From the IMG/VR virus record IMGVR_UViG_3300046485_000010, positions 1 to 29,544 of that record: a stretch of DNA of 29,544 nt. One strand, given 5' to 3'. How positions within the stretch are numbered: position 1 is the stretch's first letter; every line of letters begins with the position of its first letter. This stretch comes from a virus (taxonomy: Duplodnaviria; Caudoviricetes). The notes below the pieces were generated by a model, which was not told the origin of the DNA, did no database searches, and was given only the letters and a program-made list of their open reading frames with translations. This document shows, piece by piece, positions 17,413-24,829 of this stretch. The translations under genes were made by a program, and so were the position numbers.

Positions 17413-18316
17413 GCCATTCCGGTACGGGAGCGAAGTGATTTAACAACCAACTAAACTCATGTACTGCTAAATGCCACTTATTATTAAGCCAAAGATCACG
17501 AGAATAATCACGCGCTTTCTCTATGTCTGAGTCATGTATAGGATATGGCCAACCAAAACCCTTACCCTTTCTAAAAAGATGAGAAAACCAAGTCCGCTTA
17601 TTAACTACTTGTCTTCCGCCAGAGAGCCAAGACTTACATGCAATCTCAACTCCCATTTGACCCCATGAACCATGACCTTCATCTAATCCTTCAATTTCAT
17701 TGTAACGCGCGCGACTCATTAACCAACAGGCACCAACTGCACACATCACATCAGTAATAGTATGTCTAGCTTCGCGTCGATGCCCATAAGCCTGCCAATA
17801 TTGAAAGAGTAGGTCCTTATCAATGCGCGCGAAATCTGTCTTTTTATGAAACCGCGGCTTCCATATAAGAGACTTTACCAGTTCAATTCCACAACAGGGT
17901 TCGGGTTTATTAGCTTGGTAATATTCCATCTTACATACGGGACAAATCCAATTAAATACATGTAAATTATACATCCTAGGAATTGTAGTTACGTTTTGCC
18001 CAAGTAAACCATCTTCGTAGGGTTGAAGTAACTTAACATCAAATCCTTCGTCAAATGCACAGTGCGCGTCTGCTTTCATTACAAAGTCAGCCTGACTAAT
18101 TCTTGCAGCTTCATTAGTCGCTGCGCGCTGTCCAATAGGTTCAGTGTGATGAACTAGAATTACTTTAGGATTATCTTTAATCTCTCTATCAGGCCATGCC
18201 CCATCCAAGACTACGATAATGTTTGTATTACCACGAATATTGCGAAGAAGGTCATCGATAGTCTCATTGAGAAATTCCTCTTTACGCGACGGTATAAGGA
18301 CCGAGAGACTTACCAT
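17405..18316 (-). CDS. GT2-family glycosyltransferase
   Basis: 'LSVLIPSR.E', 'IIVVLDG', 'GQRAATNEAA', 'MKADAH', 'GACWLM.R..Y..IEGLDEG...WG....E'; resembles GT2/ppGalNAc-transferase-like catalytic domains. Confidence 0.9.
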   Translation of the reverse strand: MVSLSVLIPSRKEEFLNETIDDLLRNIRGNTNIIVVLDGAWPDREIKDNPKVILVHHTEPIGQRAATNEAARISQADFVMKADAHCAFDEGFDVKLLQPYEDGLLGQNVTTIPRMYNLHVFNWICPVCKMEYYQANKPEPCCGIELVKSLIWKPRFHKKTDFARIDKDLLFQYWQAYGHRREARHTITDVMCAVGACWLMSRARYNEIEGLDEGHGSWGQMGVEIACKSWLSGGRQVVNKRTWFSHLFRKGKGFGWPYPIHDSDIEKARDYSRDLWLNNKWHLAVHEFSWLLNHFAPVPEWHV

Positions 18317-19079
18317 TTAAGAAATCCTCGAAGCGACCCCAAGGTTCCAATTCATAACACCGTTTCTTACCACGTTTAGGTCCGGTAAAGTTAGAATCAT
18401 GTCTTATGTCTAGATTCGATTGTTTAGTTCTAAAGATTTCATGTTTCCATTTTCTAACATGGTCTCCCATTAAAGTTTCTAGATGTGCAGGACTACCTGA
18501 TGTTGCCTGCTTATAAAGTCGTTCAGCACGTCTAGAATCTATAGTTGGCGCAACCCCAAACTCTGCGGGAATCTTTTTGCCCTCGTAGAGTAGAGTACTT
18601 TTATTTAAATCATTTAATCCCAAATCAATTAAATTTAATCTCTCGTCTACTGCTTGTCGAAATGAATCAGTGAATGCAACTACTTGAGATTGCGCGGTTC
18701 GATTGGGCCAGTACGAATACATGAACTCATGTTCCGGCCTATTACATTTCCACTGAACAAGCCAGCAGTTACGGTTGTAATAGAATAAATTTGGGTCAGT
18801 CGGAATGAAACGAAAATGTTCATTAGTATAGAGACAATCGTGTTCTGCAACTGCAACAAAAGGTGTCTTTACTTTCTCAAGACCGGCGCGCAACTGAACG
18901 TAAAGAGAACGCCATGAAAGCCCGATGTTACCGACATTAACATTAGTTCCAAAATCTAAAGAACCCTGACTAACGGATACTATTGGAATTCCACTAGCTG
19001 CCAGTAACAACTTATTTCGACAGAGACTAGCAATCTCTGGGTCTAACTTATCGTGCGTTAGATATAAGATTGTTAGCAT
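18282..19079 (-). CDS. GT-A-like glycosyltransferase (divergent)
   Basis: 'TILYLT', 'GLEKVKTPFVAVAEHDCLY' (ExD in the DxD position); located between a GT2 and a methyltransferase. Confidence 0.65.
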   Translation of the reverse strand: MLTILYLTHDKLDPEIASLCRNKLLLAASGIPIVSVSQGSLDFGTNVNVGNIGLSWRSLYVQLRAGLEKVKTPFVAVAEHDCLYTNEHFRFIPTDPNLFYYNRNCWLVQWKCNRPEHEFMYSYWPNRTAQSQVVAFTDSFRQAVDERLNLIDLGLNDLNKSTLLYEGKKIPAEFGVAPTIDSRRAERLYKQATSGSPAHLETLMGDHVRKWKHEIFRTKQSNLDIRHDSNFTGPKRGKKRCYELEPWGRFEDFLNGKSLGPYTVA

Positions 19080-19671
19080 TCTTCCTCAAGTAACCTTTAG
19101 GATTAAGTGACAATCCAAATAAGTTTTCTCTAGGCACTGTGGTGAAATCCTTAGCGCGCGACATGAACCAATCTACTGCAACCATCGGACCAGGATTCTC
19201 ATGCTTTCCCATGAAAGTATCTTCCACGATCATGTACTGACCAGGAGTAACTAACTTACCATATCGAACTAACTCTCTTTTTACATGACCAGAAGCATGG
19301 TTAGAATCTAAAATTACCATAACCGTCTTACCATGTGCACGTCTCTGCACTTCATTCATAGTCTCAGTAGAAGTGGAACGTCCAGTCCAATAAGTAATTC
19401 TTTTATGTGGAAGTCTATCTCGCCATGCACGATCAATAGTTAGAACTTCACCGTGATTTAACAAATCGCAGATGTGCGCGAGATACAACGCAGAACCCCC
19501 ATAAAAAGTTCCAGTCTCAATAATAAGGTCTGGTTTATTTTCCACTAGAATCTGTTGGTAGATAAGTAAGTCCGTAGGATACTTAATTATAGGCACACCA
19601 AACCATGTAGACCCCATCTCACGTCTAAAGGCGTGACGTTTAACGTGCCTATAAATAGAGTTCTCATTCAT
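19048..19671 (-). CDS. CmcI (cephalosporin hydroxylase)-family SAM-dependent O-methyltransferase
   Basis: 'TWFGVPIIKYPTDL..YQ', 'KPDLIIETGT..GGSA', 'VMVILDSNH...HV..EL..Y..LVTPG.YMIVEDT', 'GP..AV..F', 'NPKGYL'. Confidence 0.9.
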   Translation of the reverse strand: MNENSIYRHVKRHAFRREMGSTWFGVPIIKYPTDLLIYQQILVENKPDLIIETGTFYGGSALYLAHICDLLNHGEVLTIDRAWRDRLPHKRITYWTGRSTSTETMNEVQRRAHGKTVMVILDSNHASGHVKRELVRYGKLVTPGQYMIVEDTFMGKHENPGPMVAVDWFMSRAKDFTTVPRENLFGLSLNPKGYLRKNANNLISNAR

Positions 19672-19672
19672 A

Positions 19673-20011
19673 CTACTTAATGTTTACAGCCGAAGGAATT
19701 CCCGGCGGTGCTGTAATAAAAGGGACAGATGATGCACTCCCAAATGCATTCGTAGCAACAACAAGAACAGTGTGGGTAACACCAGTAGATAACGTGATAG
19801 GAGCAGAACACTTAAGAGCGGGATACGTTCCGGTGCAGGTAGGATTTACATTACTAAGAGTGCCGTCAATGGAATACTGCCATGTATCGACAGTAGCAGA
19901 ATAATTATAATCCCACGTGCAGGTATAGTTCTTATTACCCTGCGCGTGAACAATAGTAAGACTAAGGATTACCCCAAGCGCGATTCCGATGAGTCCTGTT
20001 CTGAGTCGCAT
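19673..20011 (-). CDS. Exported Ig/fibronectin-III-like protein
   Basis: Signal peptide ending VHA; 'TWD', 'VVATNAFGS.SS.P', 'P..PS.VNI' FN3-like pattern. Confidence 0.6.
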   Translation of the reverse strand: MRLRTGLIGIALGVILSLTIVHAQGNKNYTCTWDYNYSATVDTWQYSIDGTLSNVNPTCTGTYPALKCSAPITLSTGVTHTVLVVATNAFGSASSVPFITAPPGIPSAVNIK

Positions 20012-20256
20012 CTTCTTATCCTTTCAACTGGTGGCCATCTGTTAGCAATTTCTTCAATTATTTCTACAATCTTTTCGTGTCTATGCTTTAAAGAAGATAT
20101 GGCATGGAAATCATCTACCACGTCTAGTAACTTAACTTCCCACTCTAGTTGATGTAAGGTTTCTCCTAATCGTACGCAATCTTGCGCGGCTTGATGAATC
20201 CTAGCTCTCCGCTCGAAATTTCTTCGTCGGATTTCGATTGGAGTAAGTTCGTTCAT
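19969..20256 (-). CDS. Hypothetical protein
   Basis: 95 aa; ATGA overlap with the upstream gene. Confidence 0.6.
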   Translation of the reverse strand: MNELTPIEIRRRNFERRARIHQAAQDCVRLGETLHQLEWEVKLLDVVDDFHAISSLKHRHEKIVEIIEEIANRWPPVERIRRCDSEQDSSESRLG

Positions 20257-20777
20257 ACTTCCTGTGCATTAATCACGTCGAATCGCTCCTCCTTAAACAT
20301 TTGCGGAGCGAAAATGATTAAAGCTTTCGGAGCGACATTATCATCATTGCGCGGTTCGAAGTCTTTAATAATTGCAGACATATCCTTAGCGATAGCTGCT
20401 AAGTCACGAGGCTTTTCTTGAGATAACTTTTCTTCAGTAATACCGTCTAAAGCAAAGACGAGACGATTACGTGCTTTCTTTACGATACGTTGTCTTGCTT
20501 TATTTACGTGGTCTAAAAGTTCGGGGTTAGGATTATGATAGGATGCTGTAGAGCGCGCGCCTTGCTTGTATGCACTTAGAGAAGAATCAGATATTCCTAA
20601 GGCCCTAGTCATTGCTTTAGTAGGACCCGAACCTTCTTCAACTGCATTCTCTCCAATAATCTTACGCAAAGATTCAGGAACTTGTGGGTTAGACCCACGT
20701 CCTTTATTAATATCAATAACTTGACTACGTTCAAGTTCTTTGTTGAATTCTTCGTCTGAAAGTATACCTAGTGGCAT
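20253..20777 (-). CDS. HTH protein, candidate terminase small subunit
   Basis: HTH-like 'TKAMTRALGISDSSLSAYK', helical middle and C-terminal beta strand (ALIIFAP); first gene of the late operon; GGGGAG RBS. Confidence 0.5.
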   Translation of the reverse strand: MPLGILSDEEFNKELERSQVIDINKGRGSNPQVPESLRKIIGENAVEEGSGPTKAMTRALGISDSSLSAYKQGARSTASYHNPNPELLDHVNKARQRIVKKARNRLVFALDGITEEKLSQEKPRDLAAIAKDMSAIIKDFEPRNDDNVAPKALIIFAPQMFKEERFDVINAQEV

Positions 20778-20812
20778 ATAGAACTCCCCCCGAAGCCCGC
20801 CCCGCTGGCTTC

Positions 20813-20840
20813 ATTATACCATAGATTTAGCGCTTGACAA
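20813..20840 (-). promoter_or_regulatory. Leftward sigma70-type promoter for the structural operon
   Basis: Minus strand TTGTCA (20840-20835), 16 nt, TATAAT (20818-20813), with extended -10 TG. Confidence 0.7.
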
Positions 20841-20863
20841 GGGGGTCCAGACCGTGTTAAAAT
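20834..20863 (+). promoter_or_regulatory. Rightward sigma70-type promoter
   Basis: TTGACA (20834-20839), 18 nt, TAAAAT (20858-20863), with extended -10 TG. Confidence 0.7.
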
Positions 20864-20907
20864 GCATTATAGACGGTCTAAATGCATTCCCTGACCGGCT
20901 CGACCGT

Positions 20908-20922
20908 CCCCCCCCCCCCCCC
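20908..20922. repeat. C15 homopolymer
   Basis: 15 consecutive C in the leader of the 20944 gene. Confidence 0.9.
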
Positions 20923-20943
20923 GGAGTTTGACAAGAGAATGTC

Positions 20944-21219
20944 ATGACAGAAGAAATCCAAATCCCCTGTTTGTTTTGTAATGAATTGTTTACCCCACCG
21001 CGTCCTTGGTCTAAGTTCTGCACCCCGAAGTGTAGAAACAATTATCATAACGACGCGCGATATAGAGAAAAGGGAGATGAATCTGTTCCAAAGATTAAAT
21101 GTCCTCACTGTAAGAATGAACAGTTCGGTCTGTTCGATGTCTTGAATAGGGATGACAAATCCACCTTCTATCTCTGCAACGTGTGTTCAAAGGAGTTTAT
21201 ATGGGAGAACCAGAATTAA
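20944..21219 (+). CDS. Double zinc-finger protein
   Basis: CLFC...FCTPKCR and CPHC...CNVC. Confidence 0.75.
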   Translation: MTEEIQIPCLFCNELFTPPRPWSKFCTPKCRNNYHNDARYREKGDESVPKIKCPHCKNEQFGLFDVLNRDDKSTFYLCNVCSKEFIWENQN

Positions 21220-21368
21220 AACCAAGTTATAAAGCATATACTTGTGTGATAACTCCTGAAGAATATGAGTTAATAAAGAATAGAGAAATGGAAATTTACA
21301 TAGTGGACGGACGTACAATCTTTGAAACTTCAGATGGTCAATATGTATTTTATGTGATTTTCAAGTAA
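21201..21368 (+). CDS. Small hypothetical protein (start ATG 21201)
   Basis: AAGGAG RBS just upstream of the ATG; 55 aa. Confidence 0.65.
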   Translation: MGEPELKPSYKAYTCVITPEEYELIKNREMEIYIVDGRTIFETSDGQYVFYVIFK

Positions 21369-21382
21369 AGAGGAGAACCAAA

Positions 21383-21565
21383 ATGGATGATCGTAATCGA
21401 GACGTATATCCCGATAAAGAACGCGCATTATCAATGGGTGTTCCCAACGAACACTTAAAAGAAATCTATATGAAGACTTTTACTACTGGGCCTTTTAAAG
21501 GTCGCTCGTATGAGATTCTTCCCAGCGGTAGATTAGGTAAAAGAGTGTATCCCGTAGAGGAGTAA
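21383..21565 (+). CDS. Small hypothetical protein
   Basis: GAGGAG RBS; 60 aa. Confidence 0.7.
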   Translation: MDDRNRDVYPDKERALSMGVPNEHLKEIYMKTFTTGPFKGRSYEILPSGRLGKRVYPVEE

Positions 21566-21569
21566 CATC

Positions 21570-21860
21570 ATGGGAGAACCAAGGTTAAAGATGGTACAGT
21601 TTGGAACTAGTCTACCGGAAGCGCGCAATGCACTACGTTATCTAGTAGGTGCATTTGCACAGAGTATGATTCCTGAAGACTTAAGTTCTCTTGAGAGGGT
21701 TAATATCGAGATTAACTTAATTAGTCTAATAGGAAATATAATCATGGTACCAAAAGATGAGACTCTAATCCCGGAGACTCTATCCCATGAGACTCATTCT
21801 ATGGGACCCAATGCTAAAGATATACAAGATAGAGAGTATGATGAAAATAAAACAGACTAA
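21570..21860 (+). CDS. Hypothetical protein
   Basis: GAGGAG RBS; 96 aa; the 3' part contains three GAGACTC units at 15-nt period. Confidence 0.6.
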   Translation: MGEPRLKMVQFGTSLPEARNALRYLVGAFAQSMIPEDLSSLERVNIEINLISLIGNIIMVPKDETLIPETLSHETHSMGPNAKDIQDREYDENKTD

Positions 21861-21938
21861 GTTGTGGGTGAATAATATCCCCACAGGTTACGGTGTGCTG
21901 AGGCTCATTCTACAGGGTGTATGGCATGGGTCTTGCCT

Positions 21939-21986
21939 GTCAAGTGACAAAAGTGTGACAAGAATGTCACAGAAATGTCACTTGAC
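21939..21986. repeat. 48-bp nested inverted repeat
   Basis: GTCAAGTGACA-aaagt-GTGACA-agaa-TGTCAC-agaaa-TGTCACTTGAC. Confidence 0.9.
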
Positions 21987-22056
21987 TATGCGACAGCAGG
22001 CTTAGGGTGCGCGGACCATAATGAGAATGAGTCGCAACATCAGTTTGATATTTTGT

Positions 22057-22085
22057 TTGACATGCCGGACGGATAGCCTCATACT
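22057..22085 (+). promoter_or_regulatory. Sigma70-type promoter, probably leaderless transcript
   Basis: TTGACA, 17 nt, CATACT; an ATG lies 7 nt after the -10 box. Confidence 0.6.
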
Positions 22086-22091
22086 AGGGGC

Positions 22092-22247
22092 ATGAAACAT
22101 CAATGTCTGCTATGCGACAACCTGACTGACAAGCTCGTGTGCAAGGGATGCCGTGCCGACATGGGAGACGAGTATCAGGCTATGGTCCGAGCATCACAGA
22201 AAATGGTAAAGGACGCGAAGAAAAGACTTGACAAGAATCGGGACTAG
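22092..22247 (+). CDS. 51-aa zinc-finger microprotein
   Basis: Not in the track. MKHQCLLCDNLTDKLVCKGCRAD... (CxxC-x8-CxxC) with a basic helical tail. Confidence 0.65.
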   Translation: MKHQCLLCDNLTDKLVCKGCRADMGDEYQAMVRASQKMVKDAKKRLDKNRD

Positions 22248-22256
22248 GAGTATGAT
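22228..22256 (+). promoter_or_regulatory. Near-consensus sigma70 promoter
   Basis: TTGACA, 17 nt, TATGAT. Confidence 0.8.
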
Positions 22257-22321
22257 TGGTCTATGGTGGTTGGTTGGTTCAAGTCGGTAGCCAATCCGAC
22301 GAGACAGACGAAAGAGACACA

Positions 22322-22663
22322 ATGAAGACTGCCGAAAAGCGTGCCACAGTCGAAACCGCATACGGAAAGAAGCTCGACACTCCACTGACGTTCGACTACA
22401 CCTATGACGAGCTTGAGAAGGGTGATGAGATTCCGGCCAAGGAAATGCCCGACGCGGATGACCTCATCACCTACGTCAACGCGAAGCGCAATGCATCGGC
22501 TCGTAGCACGGCGCAGACCAAGATTCTCGACGCCAACGAAATCAAGAAGCCTGACTTGAAGGACGCAGCGTTCAGACTCGCCAGCATGGTGAAGGTTCTC
22601 ATGGCGAACGGCGATGACGAAGAGACGGCCACGGCCACGGCGAAGACTCTTCTGAAGATGTAA
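22322..22663 (+). CDS. Hypothetical early protein (start ATG 22322, MKTAEKR...)
   Basis: 113 aa with its own promoter and terminator; strongly C/G-ending codons; the track start at 22256 lies at the -10 box. Confidence 0.8.
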   Translation: MKTAEKRATVETAYGKKLDTPLTFDYTYDELEKGDEIPAKEMPDADDLITYVNAKRNASARSTAQTKILDANEIKKPDLKDAAFRLASMVKVLMANGDDEETATATAKTLLKM

Positions 22664-22692
22664 CACTCGATCATCCCATCCCAACCTTTCAA

Positions 22693-22728
22693 ACCCCGTA
22701 GGGACTGCAACCTACGGGGTATTTTTTT
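22693..22728 (+). terminator. Intrinsic terminator
   Basis: ACCCCGTAGG-gactgcaa-CCTACGGGGT-aTTTTTTT. Confidence 0.9.
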
Positions 22729-22879
22729 GGCCGGTCGGATCGAACAGTGAAATTATCCACCCCATTTGCTAATCAAACTTCGGGGGTATCTCTCCCCTCT
22801 CTCTCTATACCCCCAAGCAACCGATCCAAAAGCCGCCAGGCGCCGCCAGCCGGAAAAGCAAAACGAAACGAAATGATTT

Positions 22880-22915
<36 letters not shown>

Positions 22916-22961
22916 CCTTTGGTTTTTTCCAACCTAACTTCGGCCGGGCCCGGCCTGGGGC

Positions 22962-22990
22962 TTGACCTTTCGGGGGGATGAGCGTAGGAT
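22962..22990 (+). promoter_or_regulatory. Sigma70-type promoter for the 23065 onward operon
   Basis: TTGACC, 17 nt, TAGGAT. Confidence 0.65.
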
Positions 22991-23064
22991 AGATACAGAG
23001 TCCCCACACAGGGACCGGAGGGCGGGCAGCCAACCGACCGGTCGGGCCAAACTTAGGTGAGATT

Positions 23065-23418
23065 ATGGCAAGAGCAAAACGACATACGCATAAGTATTAC
23101 CGGGCTGATTTTTCCTTTGGTAAAGCATGGACATGCGCGCTTTCGGATTGCACTCATTATATGCCAAGGCATCTAGAAGAAATGATGTTTGGAAAAGATA
23201 CTATATGTTGGGGTTGCGGGGACAGGTTTCAGTTTGACGAGAATGCACTAGAAATGGATAAGCCGGAATGCTTAGATTGTCGTAGTGCTAAGAAAGCTGG
23301 AGTAACTAAGGAAGAATACCTAGAGTTCCAGTCAAGGGTGATGGATAAACTTAATGGTGCGTTTGAATACAAACCTCTTCTTCCCAAGGTTATGGCAGAC
23401 CTAAAGCCTAAGGAATAA
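23065..23418 (+). CDS. Cys/His-rich zinc-binding protein
   Basis: HTH..., CALSDCTH, CWGC, CLDC; AGGTGA RBS. Confidence 0.75.
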   Translation: MARAKRHTHKYYRADFSFGKAWTCALSDCTHYMPRHLEEMMFGKDTICWGCGDRFQFDENALEMDKPECLDCRSAKKAGVTKEEYLEFQSRVMDKLNGAFEYKPLLPKVMADLKPKE

Positions 23419-23424
23419 CTAATC

Positions 23425-23622
23425 ATGTATCAACTAACTCTAACTCATTGTGATGGACAACACTCCGTTATTACCTGCAATGAATTTAAGGTTATTGCAG
23501 GTAGACTCACGGCATACGGTAACTCATCTGAAGGGTTAGTAATGGAATACATCTACGATATTGGTTACGATTACAACCATCCTGAGTGCACGATTACCTC
23601 TTTTGAGTTTATCTGGAGGTAA
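23425..23622 (+). CDS. Small hypothetical protein
   Basis: 65 aa, AAGGA RBS. Confidence 0.7.
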   Translation: MYQLTLTHCDGQHSVITCNEFKVIAGRLTAYGNSSEGLVMEYIYDIGYDYNHPECTITSFEFIWR

Positions 23623-23625
23623 CCT

Positions 23626-24357
23626 ATGAAACTCTACTATCACCAATTCGAGTCTTCACGAGCTGACGTGAAAAAGTGTAAGGTATGTCAGTTTGTCGAA
23701 CCTGAGCATATCTGTTGCATATGTAATTGCGCGCTCGTGGGCACGTCGGCAGGTTCATTATGGTGTGAATCTTGCTTTGACAAAGAGCAAGCTGCTCAAG
23801 CTGAATTAGAATCTATGGCAAGCGCGCGAGTCAATGAGGTTAAAAACCGAATCCCCGAACCTGACTCTACAATCGAGGTAGTGACGGATATCTTCAATGC
23901 AAAAATTGCGTCAATCGAAGAAATTCGACGTGAAATATCCTTCGACAATTCCATTGTTGGTGACGCCGCAAAACACTTCGCCCTAGCAAATAGACTCGAA
24001 GCCCGCTATCTTCATTTCAAGCAAGTTATTACAGATTCACAGAACGCCCTAAAAGACGCGCAGTCTGAGGTCCGTTCCATACAGACATACTACAACGAAC
24101 TAGCAAAGAAACTCAAAGCAGAGGAACGCGAGAAGATTCGTATCGCAGACACAAAGTATACCCCGCCTGAGAAACCCGTCAAGGCTCCGAAAGCCCCGTC
24201 AGTCAAGAAATACTCTGATAAGGAAATCCGCGAAGCCTCGGGTATCAGCGGAATCCCCGAGCAGGTTCTCAAGCTAATGTGTTACTCTCAGAACATCACG
24301 GTTAAGGAAGCTATCCAACAGTATGCTCAGGTTATGAATGCTAAGAAAGGGGCTTAA
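23626..24357 (+). CDS. Zinc-finger plus coiled-coil protein with possible C-terminal helical DNA-binding domain
   Basis: CKVC, CCIC, CESC; long heptad region; Pro/Lys linker; GGAGGT RBS. Confidence 0.75.
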   Translation: MKLYYHQFESSRADVKKCKVCQFVEPEHICCICNCALVGTSAGSLWCESCFDKEQAAQAELESMASARVNEVKNRIPEPDSTIEVVTDIFNAKIASIEEIRREISFDNSIVGDAAKHFALANRLEARYLHFKQVITDSQNALKDAQSEVRSIQTYYNELAKKLKAEEREKIRIADTKYTPPEKPVKAPKAPSVKKYSDKEIREASGISGIPEQVLKLMCYSQNITVKEAIQQYAQVMNAKKGA

Positions 24358-24359
24358 TC

Positions 24360-24539
24360 ATGTCATACTCAAGCAATCGTATGATTCGTGAAATGAACAA
24401 AGAAAAGGAAATTGATGGTAAACTATTAGGATGGGTCGCCGCGGAGTGTAAGAATCTCTCACCCACGGAAAAGAAAGAACTTGTCACGCTCACCGCGAAA
24501 GAGCTGAACGTGGAAGTCGCGGAGACAGAAGCGAAGTAG
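24360..24539 (+). CDS. Small hypothetical protein (59 aa)
   Basis: Not in the track. MSYSSNRMIREMNKEKE...ETEAK; AAGGGG RBS. Confidence 0.65.
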   Translation: MSYSSNRMIREMNKEKEIDGKLLGWVAAECKNLSPTEKKELVTLTAKELNVEVAETEAK

Positions 24540-24589
24540 TTAGAGGATAGGGTATGAGTCTATGATTCATACCCCTTTCCGTGGCTACT
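24535..24589 (+). other. Long interrupted RNA hairpin
   Basis: Core GGGTATGAGTC-tat-GATTCATACCC extended by GGA/TCC and AGTAG/CTACT. Confidence 0.6.
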
Positions 24590-24605
24590 TTTAAGGAGAA
24601 TCTAC

Positions 24606-24827
24606 ATGACATCGCACGAATTAGCGCGCAAACTCTTAGAAATGCCGGATGTTATGGTAACTCGTAATGGCTACGAAGGTGGCGTAGACGAGATTACTAC
24701 TGTATCAGAACCTAGACTTCTTGCATTGAATGTTAATGAGTCACGGTATTACGGTAAGCATGACTATCAAGCTGATATCTACATGCCCCAAGGTGATGGC
24801 GAATGTATGGCTATTCACATCTCGTGA
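24606..24827 (+). CDS. Hypothetical phage protein
   Basis: 73 aa, 'EL...L..MPD..V...GYEGG'; AAGGAG RBS. Confidence 0.8.
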   Translation: MTSHELARKLLEMPDVMVTRNGYEGGVDEITTVSEPRLLALNVNESRYYGKHDYQADIYMPQGDGECMAIHIS

Positions 24828-24829
24828 AT

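Noticed and set aside
19048-19671. Antibiotic biosynthesis or resistance gene (cephalosporin hydroxylase label)
   Set aside because: The family is a SAM-dependent methyltransferase fold; the context is glycosyltransferases, with no beta-lactam genes.
22017-22036. Fur-box-like ATAATGAGAATG
   Set aside because: Only the left half matches; it is better explained as the inverted copy of the local 13-mer repeat.
22266-22300. GGTTCAAGTC resembling a tRNA T-loop
   Set aside because: The flanks do not form a 5-bp T-stem and no acceptor, D or anticodon arms can be built.
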